Assembly (NCBI GenBank): GCA_963727775.1
Contig: CAVSHB010000002.1
Coordinates: 512,001 to 576,000 of the forward strand
Direction of reading: 5' to 3'
Source: an uncultured Nitrospiraceae bacterium
GTDB taxonomy: Bacteria > Nitrospirota > Thermodesulfovibrionia > Thermodesulfovibrionales > SM23-35
Length of the DNA stretch: 64,000 nucleotides
A program made the position numbers and the translations under genes. The notes beneath the pieces are model-generated. The model had not been told where the DNA came from and did no database searches. It saw only the letters and a list, made by a program, of their open reading frames with translations. Shown here in pieces: positions 20,823-31,376 of the stretch. How positions within the stretch are numbered: the first letter of the stretch is position 1; every line of letters starts with the position of its first letter.

Positions 20823-21232
20823 ATCTCTTTCTTTATCACCTTCATTGTTCTGAGTGTGAGCGCCCTTTCTTTTGAACCTTTTATCCAGCGGACTGTTAAG
20901 TCTATTTGAAGAAGCCTTACCTGCTGCAGGTTTTCGGTCCTCTCTTTCACGGCGTCGTTTATCGATACATCCATCCTGTAACCGTCATCAGTCGCCTCGC
21001 TGAATGATTTCTCGGTGAGTTTATCATCGCTCATTATCTCTCTCATCTTCAACTCCGCTCTGACGGCAGCTTTTACATAGTCTTCCGAGGCGGCAATAGA
21101 CCTCAGATTTGCCGAGAAAAGTTGAAATACAACTGTTACCGCGATAGCCAAGATTGCCATGGCTACAAGGACTTCAAGAAGAGTGAACCCATTGTGTGCG
21201 CGTCTCTGTTGTCTCTGTTTCCGCTTCAGCAA
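20819..21232 (-). CDS. gspI: Minor pseudopilin GspI
   Basis: NGFTLLEVLVAMAI; 137 aa; position. Confidence 0.75.
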   Translation of the reverse strand: MLKRKQRQQRRAHNGFTLLEVLVAMAILAIAVTVVFQLFSANLRSIAASEDYVKAAVRAELKMREIMSDDKLTEKSFSEATDDGYRMDVSINDAVKERTENLQQVRLLQIDLTVRWIKGSKERALTLRTMKVIKKEI

Positions 21233-21256
21233 CTTGTGTCCTTTTTCTGTCTCATC

Positions 21257-21700
21257 TCACTTGATTACCACCGAGCCCACTACCGGGTCTGCCTGTATAC
21301 TCGCCTGTCTTTTGGTGTCCCATAATACAACGGTCCCTCCTTCTACACTACCGGTGGCCTCTACTGTAAAATAATATTTCCCGGTTTGAATCTCTCCGGA
21401 GATCGGGTCTATGACTTTGATATAGATACCGGCAGGGATGTTTTTTGACTCATGCCCCTCTATCCCGTACTGTTTTGCATCCAGGTCTATTGTGACGGTT
21501 TGTCTTTCACCGTGGATCTGTGCGAGGTACCTGGCTTGTCTGATAGTGGTGGATATGCTCCTGACCGTGGCATTGAACTTATTTGAAGGAAGCGCGTTCG
21601 CAAAAAAAACCGCCGACAGGCCGAGGATTAAAGTCATCAGGAAAAGAACTATTATCAGTTCGAGTAAAGTGAACCCCTTATTATTCTTTTTTTTCGTCAT
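21257..21700 (-). CDS. gspH: Minor pseudopilin GspH
   Basis: KGFTLLELIIV, AR-x-x-A, G-x-x-x-GG motifs. Confidence 0.75.
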   Translation of the reverse strand: MTKKKNNKGFTLLELIIVLFLMTLILGLSAVFFANALPSNKFNATVRSISTTIRQARYLAQIHGERQTVTIDLDAKQYGIEGHESKNIPAGIYIKVIDPISGEIQTGKYYFTVEATGSVEGGTVVLWDTKRQASIQADPVVGSVVIK

Positions 21701-21812
21701 ATAAAAACACTAAATTTTGTTAAACAGGATTCAAGGGCTCAAGTATCAACGGAAAGAAAAAAGAATTCATTAATAACACTTTCACTTGAATCCCCGGACC
21801 CTTGGCTCTTTT

Positions 21813-23006
21813 CTACATAGGCAGGTCTGTTATGCTGAAAATGGCTAAAAGCATTGAGATGACAATAAACCCTATGATCATTCCCATGGTAAGAATCATC
21901 GCGGGTTCAAGAAGGTTCACGAGTTTTTTTATCGCCACATTCAGACTCTTTTCATAAGTGTAAGCTACTTTCATGAGCATGGTATCAAGCTGTCCGGTCT
22001 CCTCTCCAACCTTAATCATGGAGAGGGCCAAAGGCGGAAAGACGTTTGTCCCGGATAAAGGGCCCGCGATCCCTTTGCCCTCTTTTGCGCCTGCGGAGAC
22101 AGTATCAATGGCGGCGGCGATTACCTGGTTGGTTATTACATCTTTCGCATTGTTTAACGCCTGAAGCAGCGGGACCCCGCTTTTGATAAGCGTCCCGAGC
22201 GTCCTGCAAAATCTCGCTGTCTCCAGTTTTTTAATAACGTCTCCTACCAGCTTGAGTTTGAAAGCGTCCCATTGGTATCTTCCCTTATCGGATTTGATAT
22301 AACCCTTGAACATAATCCATCCGATTATTATCGCTGACAAAACAATCCACCAGAATGATTTCAGCGTATTGCTGAATGAGAGCAGGATCTTTGTCGGCAG
22401 CGGTAATGAACCGCCGAGTTCGGCGAATATGACGGAAAACTTCGGAAGCACAAAAGTCAGGAGCACTATGATCGACGCCCCTCCCGTTAAAAGAAGGATA
22501 GTGGGGTATATCATGACCGAAAGCACGTGGTCTTTTAAAGCCTTTGAAGATTCCAGGAATTCATTCAGTTTGTCCAGAACAACATCGAGCACGCCGCCGG
22601 CTTCACCTGCCCGTATCATGTTTATGTAAAGCTTGGTGAATACTTTCGGATGTTTCTGCAGCGCGTCGGAAAAAGAACTCCCTTCCCTGATTGACTTGAG
22701 GATGGACTGGACGACGTTTTTCATCTCTTTGTTTTCAGAGATTTCAGTGAGTATATTCAGACTCCGGTCCAGGGGCAGTCCTGCGGTCAGGAGCGCGGAC
22801 AGTTCTGTTGTGAACGTCAGCAGGTCGGCTTTTGACGACCTCAGGGATATTTTATTTTGTATGCCTTCTTTGGGTGAAGCGACTTTTAACGGGATTACGC
22901 CTGTATTTTTCAGTCTTTCTATGGCAGACAGCTCGTCGGCAGCTTCGATGACGCCTTCAACAATTGTCCCGTCAACTGTGGTTGCCCTGTACGAAAAGAC
23001 GGGCAT
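21813..23006 (-). CDS. gspF: Type II secretion inner-membrane platform protein F
   Basis: AGEAGG-x-L, YP, GEETG-x-L, LLEP motifs. Confidence 0.93.
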   Translation of the reverse strand: MPVFSYRATTVDGTIVEGVIEAADELSAIERLKNTGVIPLKVASPKEGIQNKISLRSSKADLLTFTTELSALLTAGLPLDRSLNILTEISENKEMKNVVQSILKSIREGSSFSDALQKHPKVFTKLYINMIRAGEAGGVLDVVLDKLNEFLESSKALKDHVLSVMIYPTILLLTGGASIIVLLTFVLPKFSVIFAELGGSLPLPTKILLSFSNTLKSFWWIVLSAIIIGWIMFKGYIKSDKGRYQWDAFKLKLVGDVIKKLETARFCRTLGTLIKSGVPLLQALNNAKDVITNQVIAAAIDTVSAGAKEGKGIAGPLSGTNVFPPLALSMIKVGEETGQLDTMLMKVAYTYEKSLNVAIKKLVNLLEPAMILTMGMIIGFIVISMLLAIFSITDLPM

Positions 23007-24526
23007 CAGGCCTCCTGCGTTACTCTGAGGACCTCACTCAGGGTCGTCATGCCCTGAACGATCTTCTCTGCGCCGTCTTCGAGTAAGGTCCTCATCCCGC
23101 GCTGTTTTGCGACAGCCCTTATCTGGTTTGCATCCGCGATTTTCAGTATGAGCTTCCGTATATCATCATCAACCACAAGCAGTTCAAATATGCCGGCCCT
23201 GCTGTAGTAGCCCGTGAAAGCGCATTTCTCGCACCCTTTCCCATGATAAAGGGACGCAGTGCTGTCGATCCCGAAGAGCTTTAGTTCTTCGATATCTGCA
23301 GTGGACGGATCTACTTCTTTGCAGGAAGGACAGATGATTCTTACGAGCCTCTGGGCGAGGATCCCTCTGACAGTGGAAGAAAGCAGGAAATTTTCAACCC
23401 CCATATCGAGGAGTCGAGTTATCGCGCTGGGCGCGTCATTGGTATGCAAGGTCGAAAATACGAGATGCCCTGTGAGTGCAGATTGTATTGCTATCTCTGC
23501 TGTTTCAAGGTCCCTGATCTCTCCGATCATAATGATGTCGGGGTCCTGTCTGACTATATGTCTCAGTGTATTGGCGAAGTTCAAACCTATCTGCGGTTTG
23601 ACCTGGATTTGGTTGACCCCCTTGAGCTGATACTCGACCGGGTCTTCAACGGTTATTATCTTCTTGTCCGGAGAGTTTATTTTGTCCAGTGCGCCATAGA
23701 GCGTGGTAGTCTTTCCGCTTCCTGTAGGACCGGTGACAAGGAAGATGCCGTTAGGTTTATTGATGAGCTGATTAAATATTTGTAATGTCCGGGGTGGGAA
23801 ACCGAGAACGTCAAGGTCTATTGTTATCCCTTCTTTGCGGAGTATCCTCATCACAACGCTTTCGCCGTAAATAACAGGGATTGTGGATACCCTCAGGTCT
23901 ATCTCTCTTTCGCCGACCTTAAGGCGTATGCGTCCGTCCTGCGGCAGCCTTCTCTCCGCTATATTTAGTTTTGCCATGATTTTTATCCTCGAAATAATAG
24001 CGGCCTGGAGCCTTTTGGGAGTTGACTCTATATCATGCAATACACCGTCTATACGGTATCTTACCTTCAATTCATCTTCAAAAGGCTCTATGTGGATATC
24101 GCTTGCCCTGCCCTCTACGGCCCTTGTTATGAACATATTTACAAGCCTTATGATCGGCGCTTCCGAGGCAAGGTCTTTCAAGTGCCCGATGTCCTCTTCT
24201 TCCTTGCGGAATTCGATGCCCTTCTCGCCCAGGTCTTCAATTATTCTGTTTATGTTTTGAGATTCCTGTTCATAAAACTTGGATATGTATTCTTCAACCG
24301 CCTTATTATCACATGCATATGTCATTACGTCCGCCGATGTTGCCACCCTGAGCGCGTCGATCACCGAGTTATCATCAGGGTTTGCCATTACCACCTTAAG
24401 GACATTATTTTTCATGTCTAAGGGAATGATCCTGTTTTCACGGATGAAACGCGATGATATCCCGTTGATGACAAACGGCACTTTGGGCAGATCTTCAGAG
24501 TTTAAGTAAGGGATGTTCTTAGTCAT
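23006..24526 (-). CDS. gspE: Type II secretion ATPase GspE
   Basis: ASDIHIEP, RLPQDGR, GPTGSGKTT, EDPVE, RQDPD, tetracysteine CPSC/CEKC. Confidence 0.95.
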   Translation of the reverse strand: MTKNIPYLNSEDLPKVPFVINGISSRFIRENRIIPLDMKNNVLKVVMANPDDNSVIDALRVATSADVMTYACDNKAVEEYISKFYEQESQNINRIIEDLGEKGIEFRKEEEDIGHLKDLASEAPIIRLVNMFITRAVEGRASDIHIEPFEDELKVRYRIDGVLHDIESTPKRLQAAIISRIKIMAKLNIAERRLPQDGRIRLKVGEREIDLRVSTIPVIYGESVVMRILRKEGITIDLDVLGFPPRTLQIFNQLINKPNGIFLVTGPTGSGKTTTLYGALDKINSPDKKIITVEDPVEYQLKGVNQIQVKPQIGLNFANTLRHIVRQDPDIIMIGEIRDLETAEIAIQSALTGHLVFSTLHTNDAPSAITRLLDMGVENFLLSSTVRGILAQRLVRIICPSCKEVDPSTADIEELKLFGIDSTASLYHGKGCEKCAFTGYYSRAGIFELLVVDDDIRKLILKIADANQIRAVAKQRGMRTLLEDGAEKIVQGMTTLSEVLRVTQEA

Positions 24527-24557
24527 GAAATTTGATTTATTATATCACAAGCATTAT

Positions 24558-26003
24558 TCAATACGCGCCTTCCGCTTTAAAAACCACTTTTATGGTCTTG
24601 AAGATTATTACGATATCAAGCCACAAAGACCAATTCATGACGTACCATGTGTCAAGCTTTACCCTGTATTTATTCCCGGTATTGCTCCTTCCTGATACCT
24701 GCCAAAGTCCTGTGATGCCCGGTTTCGCGCTAGAGATTACTTTGATGTTTTTTCCAATGTCTGTCCTTTCCCTCGGAAGGTAGGGTCTCGGACCGACAAG
24801 ACTCATTTCCCCTTTAAGGACATTGAATATTTGCGGGAGCTCGTCGAGCGAGCTTTTTCTCAGGAGATTTCCGATCCTTGTGACGCGCGGGTCTTCTTTC
24901 AGCTTCCACGAATTTTCCCATTCCGTGCGGAATATTTCGCTGCTTTCGAGCATCTCTTTCAGTTTTTCTTCAGCGTCTTTCCGCATCGTCCTGAATTTAT
25001 AGCACCTAAAGTTGTTCCCGTTCTTCCCGATCCTGTCATGAGAGTAAATTGCAAAGCCCGGCGTCTCCAGCCTTATGATTATTCCGATGATTCCGATAAC
25101 CGGGAGAAGTAAAGGCATTAAGAGGACGGATACGGTAATATCAAAGAGTCTCTTTATAAACTTGTTCGGAATAGATTTCAGATTGTTCTTTATGTTCATG
25201 AGAAACAGCTCTTCGTGAAAAAGGTGAAGCAGCTCCGTGTTTACCAATGCGATACCTTTTAGATCAGGTATGACCATGGTGTTTGCGGTTGTGTTCTGGA
25301 CGAGCGCGGTCAAAGCAGAAAGTTTTTCCGGCGGGAAGGACGGAATTGCAATGACGGCGGTTTTGATGTCCAGTTCTTTTATAAATCTGGGGAAATCGAC
25401 AACTTTTCCGAATACCTTTCTACCGTAGACGGTTTTCCCTATTTTAAGTTCATCGTCATCGAGGAAACCGATCACATCGTATCCCATATGCTTTTCTCTC
25501 TGTAGACCTTCTGTTACCAGCTTGCCTGCATTGCCTGCGCCGATGACCAGTATCCTTTCCCTCCACATCCCTATCGCGTCAAGAAATTTTTTGCCCCAGA
25601 GACGAAATATGGGAAATATGAAAAAGGAAAGTAACCACATGCCGAGCAAAACAAGACGTGAAACCCTGTCTCCCATTTTACCCAATGTAACAATGGCCAT
25701 CAGCGTAATACTCGCAAGAGAGACAGCTTTAACAATACTTCTCACTTCGTCCCAGAAAGGGAGGTTTCTGTCATAAAGCCCCTCATAAAATATAAAGAAT
25801 ATGAATATGGCCGGTATCCACCAAAAAGATACAAAATGTATGTAAGAAAAATTCAAGACCGGTAAGCCTGACATGAAGTACGGCATGATTTCGGCCCTTA
25901 CTATCCAGGCTATAAGCAAAGAGGTATACAAGGAAAACAGATCAATGAAAATAAGACAAAAAGTCTTAAACAGATTTTTTATAAGCTTTATTACCTCTGT
26001 CAT
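24558..26003 (-). CDS. wbaP: Undecaprenyl-phosphate sugar phosphotransferase (WbaP family)
   Basis: KFRTM, DPRVT, SLDELPQ, GEMSLVGPRP, KPGITGLWQVSGR; start placed at MTEVIK (ATGA overlap with upstream GT2). Confidence 0.9.
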   Translation of the reverse strand: MTEVIKLIKNLFKTFCLIFIDLFSLYTSLLIAWIVRAEIMPYFMSGLPVLNFSYIHFVSFWWIPAIFIFFIFYEGLYDRNLPFWDEVRSIVKAVSLASITLMAIVTLGKMGDRVSRLVLLGMWLLSFFIFPIFRLWGKKFLDAIGMWRERILVIGAGNAGKLVTEGLQREKHMGYDVIGFLDDDELKIGKTVYGRKVFGKVVDFPRFIKELDIKTAVIAIPSFPPEKLSALTALVQNTTANTMVIPDLKGIALVNTELLHLFHEELFLMNIKNNLKSIPNKFIKRLFDITVSVLLMPLLLPVIGIIGIIIRLETPGFAIYSHDRIGKNGNNFRCYKFRTMRKDAEEKLKEMLESSEIFRTEWENSWKLKEDPRVTRIGNLLRKSSLDELPQIFNVLKGEMSLVGPRPYLPRERTDIGKNIKVISSAKPGITGLWQVSGRSNTGNKYRVKLDTWYVMNWSLWLDIVIIFKTIKVVFKAEGAY

Positions 26004-26851
26004 CCTGCAATCAATCCAATCTTGAACCCTGCGTATTTTGTCACAGATTCCAAAAAAATATAAGGTATCCAAAAGGACCTGCGTTGGTCAACGACAAATC
26101 TAATCTGTTCTTTGATGAATCGCAGCCCCTCTCCTTCAGGACGCGCATAGTTGAAAATCCATCTGTTTACCTTCAGAGACGAGCCGATATTGAAATAACG
26201 CCTGAATTGCTTTAAGAGGGAATAGTTATGGGAATGAATGACCTTTGCCTCGGGGACATATGCCACTTTATAACCGTTTACAATTAATTTTGCAGCAATC
26301 AGCATATCTTCATTGGCCTTAATTCCTTCAGAGAACATCCCGACCTTAAAAAAAGACTTTGTCTTAATGGCTGAGCAGACATCACTGAAAAAAAAAGTTT
26401 TTATGCCGTATTTTTTCAGATCGTCCATCCCTTTTATCACCCCTATCTCCGGGTAATTGAAATGTCTGGCAAACACCTCCAGGGGTAATGCATCATCTTT
26501 GGGGATATGTCTTCCGTACGCTGCGGCAATATCAGGTCTTTTAAGAGGCTCGGTCAGTCTGTTGATGAGAGTATTATCCATGGGCAAGGCATCTTGCGTT
26601 ACAAAAACGAGTATATCTCCTTTTGCTTCTACGGCAGCCGTATTTCTTGTCTTCCCGTGATTGAAAGAACGTCTCGGGATTACTATTGTCTTTGCGCCCA
26701 ACCCTTTTGCAATATCAACGGTATTGTCTTCTGATGAAGAGTCTATTATTATTATTTCCAGTGGTTTAATGTCCTGGGACAGGAGTTTAGAAAGGAGTTT
26801 GCCTATATCAGCGCCGGCATTTAGTGTAGGTATAATAACGGAAATTCTCAT
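26000..26851 (-). CDS. Glycosyltransferase family 2 (rhamnosyltransferase-like)
   Basis: ISVIIPTLNA, IDSSSED, FNHGKTRN, TQDA, HSHNY. Confidence 0.85.
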   Translation of the reverse strand: MRISVIIPTLNAGADIGKLLSKLLSQDIKPLEIIIIDSSSEDNTVDIAKGLGAKTIVIPRRSFNHGKTRNTAAVEAKGDILVFVTQDALPMDNTLINRLTEPLKRPDIAAAYGRHIPKDDALPLEVFARHFNYPEIGVIKGMDDLKKYGIKTFFFSDVCSAIKTKSFFKVGMFSEGIKANEDMLIAAKLIVNGYKVAYVPEAKVIHSHNYSLLKQFRRYFNIGSSLKVNRWIFNYARPEGEGLRFIKEQIRFVVDQRRSFWIPYIFLESVTKYAGFKIGLIAG

Positions 26852-26996
26852 GAGTATCTATTTTATCACAGGAACGAAAACAATCGGCATTCTGGATTGA
26901 TGAAAATTATTTTTCCAAAGGTCAGGCGGAAATTGCAGAATTATAAAAAAAGTGACCACTCTATATAGTATGTAATGTAAAATATATAAAGTTCAG

Positions 26997-27473
26997 ATGA
27001 AGGCAAAGGACAAAAAACCGTTTGTAGAAATATTTGCAGACGGCGCATGCAGCGGCAATCCCGGGGTAGGCGGGTACGGAGCTATTTTGAGATCGGGCAT
27101 ACGGCAAAGGGAACTCTCCGGATGCGACGCGATGACCACGAACAACCGGATGGAACTGACTGCGATTATTAAGGCGCTGGAGGCGTTAAAAAGACCCTGT
27201 AAAGTCAGGGTGGTTACCGATTCAAACTATGTTGTACAGGGAATGACTTCCTGGATATTTAATTGGCTGAAGAACAACTGGAAAAACAGCCAGAAACAGC
27301 AGGTTGTCAATAAGGACCTATGGGAAAAACTCTTTCATTCTTCGAATGTCCACGATATTCAATGGCAATGGGTAAAAGGACATAATGGACATACCGAAAA
27401 CGAACGGTGCGACGAACTTGCAAGACTTGCAATCGAGAGATGCAGGATGAAGCCGGCACAGGATGCGAAATGA
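26997..27473 (+). CDS. rnhA: Ribonuclease HI
   Basis: [33 protein letters not shown]. Confidence 0.97.
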   Translation: MKAKDKKPFVEIFADGACSGNPGVGGYGAILRSGIRQRELSGCDAMTTNNRMELTAIIKALEALKRPCKVRVVTDSNYVVQGMTSWIFNWLKNNWKNSQKQQVVNKDLWEKLFHSSNVHDIQWQWVKGHNGHTENERCDELARLAIERCRMKPAQDAK

Positions 27474-28036
27474 AAGACATTGATATCGGAAATATGACGG
27501 GAATGTTTCTGATAGCGGTCCCGGGTTTAAAGGACCCGAATTTTGAACGTACTGTCGTGCTTATCTGCGACCATTCAAAAGACGGGGCATTCGGGCTTGT
27601 TATAAACCGTATTCTGCTGAGCAGTTTTGTCCCGCTCCACGGAGGGCTTGATATAAAAGATTGCCTGATAGACCTGCCGGTTTATTGCGGCGGGCCAGTC
27701 AAGCCCGAGCAGGGCTATATCCTCTATTTGTCTTCACATATTTACTGTCCTTCAATAAAGATCGGCGAAAGCCTTTCATTGACCACATCCAAGGAGGTCC
27801 TCGTTGATATCGCGGCAGGAAAGGGGCCGGAAAAGTTTCTTTTTACCCTGGGGTTTGCAGGTTGGTCGCCCGGACAGCTTGAGTATGAGGTCATGATAGA
27901 CAGCTGGTTGGTCGCCCCTTCGCATAATAGGATCATCTTTGATATACCGGCCGGTGAACGCTGGAAGGCCGCTGCAGACTTAATAGGGGTCGACTTGACG
28001 AGAGTGGTCTGCAGGCATGGTATAATAGAGAGTTGA
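27470..28036 (+). CDS. YqgE/AlgH family protein
   Basis: [24 protein letters not shown]-x-x-GQLE-x-E; start at ATGA overlap with rnhA. Confidence 0.9.
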   Translation: MKDIDIGNMTGMFLIAVPGLKDPNFERTVVLICDHSKDGAFGLVINRILLSSFVPLHGGLDIKDCLIDLPVYCGGPVKPEQGYILYLSSHIYCPSIKIGESLSLTTSKEVLVDIAAGKGPEKFLFTLGFAGWSPGQLEYEVMIDSWLVAPSHNRIIFDIPAGERWKAAADLIGVDLTRVVCRHGIIES

Positions 28037-28061
28037 CAATTTCCTTTAAATTTATTACGCT
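28033..28061 (+). promoter_or_regulatory. Sigma-70 promoter of rplM-rpsI
   Basis: TTGACA-17 bp-TACGCT upstream of the GGAAGG RBS. Confidence 0.5.
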
Positions 28062-28094
28062 ATAAGTTCTAAATTATCATAGGAAGGTGATGAG

Positions 28095-28523
28095 ATGAGG
28101 ACTCTTTTTGCCAAAAAAGAAGATGTCGACCGGAAGTGGTATTTGGTTGACGCAAAAGATGCTGTCCTTGGACGGCTTTCGGTAAAGATTGCAACTTGCC
28201 TGACAGGTAAGAACAAACCCATATTTACCCCGAACGCGGATACAGGTGATTTCGTTATCGTTATAAACGCAGAAAAAATAAAGTTTACAGGCAAGAAGCT
28301 TGATAACAAGGTTTATTACAGTCATTCGAATTATCCCGGCGGTATAAAGGCTGAAACAGCGAGGGAACGTCTTAGCAGATGCCCGGAAAAGATCATCACG
28401 GACGCCGTATGGGGTATGATTCCGAAGGGCAGGCTCGGCAGAGCGATGATAAAAAAGCTTAAGGTGTACAAGGGAGCTGAACACCCTCATGAAGCTCAGA
28501 AACCGGAAAAACTGTCCGTATAA
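28095..28523 (+). CDS. rplM: 50S ribosomal protein L13
   Basis: [29 protein letters not shown]. Confidence 0.98.
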   Translation: MRTLFAKKEDVDRKWYLVDAKDAVLGRLSVKIATCLTGKNKPIFTPNADTGDFVIVINAEKIKFTGKKLDNKVYYSHSNYPGGIKAETARERLSRCPEKIITDAVWGMIPKGRLGRAMIKKLKVYKGAEHPHEAQKPEKLSV

Positions 28524-28557
28524 ACAAGCGGGCGAGTCTGATAAAAAGGAGTTTTAA

Positions 28558-28950
28558 ATGGTCGAGATTCAATACAATGCAACTGGTAGGAGAAAGACTT
28601 CTATAGCGAGAGTTACAATGACGCCAGGGAACGGGCAGATAACCGTTAACAAGAAACCTGCCGATGACTACTTCCCGAGGGAGACATTGAGGATGGTGAT
28701 ACGCCAGCCGATTGAGCTTGCCGGGATAACCGGTAAATATGATGTTCTTGCGTTAGTAAACGGCGGCGGGCTTACCGGCCAGGCTGAAGCCTTAAGGCAT
28801 GGGATATCACGGGCGATTATTGACATGAACAGCGACCTTCGTTCAAGACTCAAAAAGGAAGGTTTTCTCAGGAGAGACCCGAGGGAAAAAGAAAGAAAGA
28901 AATACGGGCAGAAGGGCGCCCGCAAGAGATTCCAGTTCTCCAAGAGATAA
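28558..28950 (+). CDS. rpsI: 30S ribosomal protein S9
   Basis: [26 protein letters not shown]. Confidence 0.98.
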   Translation: MVEIQYNATGRRKTSIARVTMTPGNGQITVNKKPADDYFPRETLRMVIRQPIELAGITGKYDVLALVNGGGLTGQAEALRHGISRAIIDMNSDLRSRLKKEGFLRRDPREKERKKYGQKGARKRFQFSKR

Positions 28951-28971
28951 AAAATAGTCATTTTTTGTGCC

Positions 28972-29047
28972 TTCATTCCCGCAGTCTTCAGGCGGGGATC
29001 CTCAGTTTCAAAGCCCTGGATGCCCGACTAAGAACCTCGGGCATGAC
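28972..29047. repeat. REP-like double-hairpin element
   Basis: TCATTCCCGC...GCGGGGATCC...GGATGCCCG...CGGGCATGAC. Confidence 0.65.
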
Positions 29048-29118
29048 GAATAAAGAAAGGCAGTCTGCATGCTCTATTTCCCCCGACATCTGCTTGTTCT
29101 TTAAAGTATAATTAAATT

Positions 29119-30159
29119 ATGTTAAAGGTTTTCATATGCGGCGGCAGCGGGTATGCGGGAGGTGAACTACTCCGCATCCTTTCGAATCACCCTGAAGTTG
29201 TTGTCGCAGGAGTCACTTCAGAACGGTCCGCAGGAAAATCCGTAGCCGGGCTTTTTCCCCATCTCAATAAATATTCAAACCTCATTTATGAACACATGCT
29301 CAAAGAAAAGGTCCTCGGAAAAGCCGATCTTTTCTTTATGGCATTGCCGCACGGAGAATCCCAGGAAGCGGTGGATTTCTTTTTCAGGAACGGAAAGACG
29401 GTCATTGACCTTTCTGCCGATTACAGGCTTAGAGCTGCAGACACTTACGAGAAATGGTACAACGTGCCGCACAGGTTTCAGGCGACGCTGAAAAAGGCCG
29501 TCTTCGGCCTGCCCGAAATTTACCGTGGTCGGATTAAAAAGGCGAGGCTGATAGCAAATCCCGGATGTTACCCAACGGGCGCTATTCTCGGACTCATGCC
29601 CGCTGTAAAAAATAATCTTATCGATACCGCCTCTATCGTTATTGATTCGAAATCGGGCACGAGCGGGGCCGGGAGAAAGGCCGATATATCAGTGGCATTC
29701 TGTGAGGTAAACGAAGGGTTCAGGGCATACTCAATCGGCGTACACAGGCATACGCCTGAAATTGAGCAGGAACTGTCTCTCTTATGCGGCAAGGAGATCA
29801 CTGTCAATTTCACCCCTCATCTCTTGCCGGTCGATAGGGGCATATTGACAACCATATACGCCAGGCTCGAAAAGAAGATGTCGGCGGCGGATGTAGAAAA
29901 AATATATCATAATTCGTACAAAAAAGAACCCTTTGTCAGGTTATTGGAGTATGGAAAGTATCCGAATATTAAAAATGTCAGGGGTACAAACTTCTGTGAA
30001 ATCGGTCTGAAATTGAACGAAAGGACGAATACGCTGATTGTAATAACCGCGATTGATAACCTTGTAAAAGGCGCTTCAGGTCAGGCTGTGCATAACATGA
30101 ATATCATGATGGGCTTTGATGAAAAGACGGCTTTGGACGCCCTATCAGTGTTCCCATGA
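29119..30159 (+). CDS. argC: N-acetyl-gamma-glutamyl-phosphate reductase
   Basis: GGSGYAG, DLSADYR, ANPGCYPT, DNLVKGASGQA. Confidence 0.97.
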   Translation: MLKVFICGGSGYAGGELLRILSNHPEVVVAGVTSERSAGKSVAGLFPHLNKYSNLIYEHMLKEKVLGKADLFFMALPHGESQEAVDFFFRNGKTVIDLSADYRLRAADTYEKWYNVPHRFQATLKKAVFGLPEIYRGRIKKARLIANPGCYPTGAILGLMPAVKNNLIDTASIVIDSKSGTSGAGRKADISVAFCEVNEGFRAYSIGVHRHTPEIEQELSLLCGKEITVNFTPHLLPVDRGILTTIYARLEKKMSAADVEKIYHNSYKKEPFVRLLEYGKYPNIKNVRGTNFCEIGLKLNERTNTLIVITAIDNLVKGASGQAVHNMNIMMGFDEKTALDALSVFP

Positions 30160-31331
30160 TTCCCAGAGGATTTCTTTTTTCTACTGTAGAGGCCGCGATA
30201 AAAAAACCGGGACGGAAAGACCTTGCACTCATATATTCTGAAGTGGAAGCCAACGCAGCCGGGGCATTTACCACGAATAAGGTCAAGGCCGCGCCTGTCA
30301 AACTCGATATGAAGAAAATGATATCAGGAAAAGGACAGGCGATAATAGTAAACAGCGGAAATGCAAATGCATGCACAGGAAAACAGGGAATGCTGGACGC
30401 AGGTGCAACGGCAGGGCTGACTGCCCGGATACTCGGGATAAAGCCGCATCTCGTTTATACCTGCTCAACAGGTGTTATCGGCACGCCGATGCCCATGGAT
30501 AGAATAAAGCCGAAGATTCCCAAACTGTTGAACGGTCTCGGGCGGTCTACTGTTGAAGATGTCGCTGCTGCGATTATGACGACTGATACGTTCCCCAAGG
30601 TTGTTCGGAAGAGCGTTAGGGTCGGCGGTAAGACAGGGACTGTTACCGGTATCTGTAAAGGCGCCGGCATGATATGCCCTAACATGGCTACGATGCTATG
30701 CTTCGTCATGACGGATATTGCAGTGCATCAAAAAGCGCTGGACAGGGCATTGAAGGATTCGGTCAAAAAGACCTTCAACAGAATTACTATCGATGGAGAT
30801 ATGTCAACCAATGACACTGTGATTATTATGGCAAACGGGCTGCTTGGAAACCCGGAGCTCACGGAAAAATCAGAATCATATGCTGCATTTAGAAATGCAC
30901 TGTATGAAGTTATGTATGAGTTATCAAGGCTGATCGTCAAGGACGGCGAAGGCGCAACCAAGGTTATTGAGATTGAGGTAAAAGGCGCAAGTAATGATTC
31001 GGATGCTGAAAAGGCCGCTTTTGCTGCGGCAAACTCGAATCTTGTTAAAACAGCCGTTTATGGCAATGACGCAAACTGGGGCAGGATAATGGCAGCCATC
31101 GGCTATTCAGGGGTTGAGATCAAAGAAGAAAAGACCGATATCTATTTTGGAAAGGTGAAAGTGGCCAAGGGAGGACTGTCTACAGGCAAAGACAAAGAAG
31201 CAGGCGATGTCTTAAAGGGGAAGCACATAAAGATAGTCGTCGACCTTCACTACGGAAAGGCTTCTGCCAAGGTACTGACCTGTGATATGACGGAAGAATA
31301 TATCAGGATTAACGCGGATTACAGAACTTAG
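30156..31331 (+). CDS. argJ: Bifunctional ornithine acetyltransferase / N-acetylglutamate synthase
   Basis: NSGNANA, STGVIG, TTDT, KGAGMICPNMAT, DGEGATK. Confidence 0.97.
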   Translation: MIPRGFLFSTVEAAIKKPGRKDLALIYSEVEANAAGAFTTNKVKAAPVKLDMKKMISGKGQAIIVNSGNANACTGKQGMLDAGATAGLTARILGIKPHLVYTCSTGVIGTPMPMDRIKPKIPKLLNGLGRSTVEDVAAAIMTTDTFPKVVRKSVRVGGKTGTVTGICKGAGMICPNMATMLCFVMTDIAVHQKALDRALKDSVKKTFNRITIDGDMSTNDTVIIMANGLLGNPELTEKSESYAAFRNALYEVMYELSRLIVKDGEGATKVIEIEVKGASNDSDAEKAAFAAANSNLVKTAVYGNDANWGRIMAAIGYSGVEIKEEKTDIYFGKVKVAKGGLSTGKDKEAGDVLKGKHIKIVVDLHYGKASAKVLTCDMTEEYIRINADYRT

Positions 31332-31376
31332 TAAGTTTTTTGCCTGACTATTTTCCTGACAAACGATTTTCCGCTT

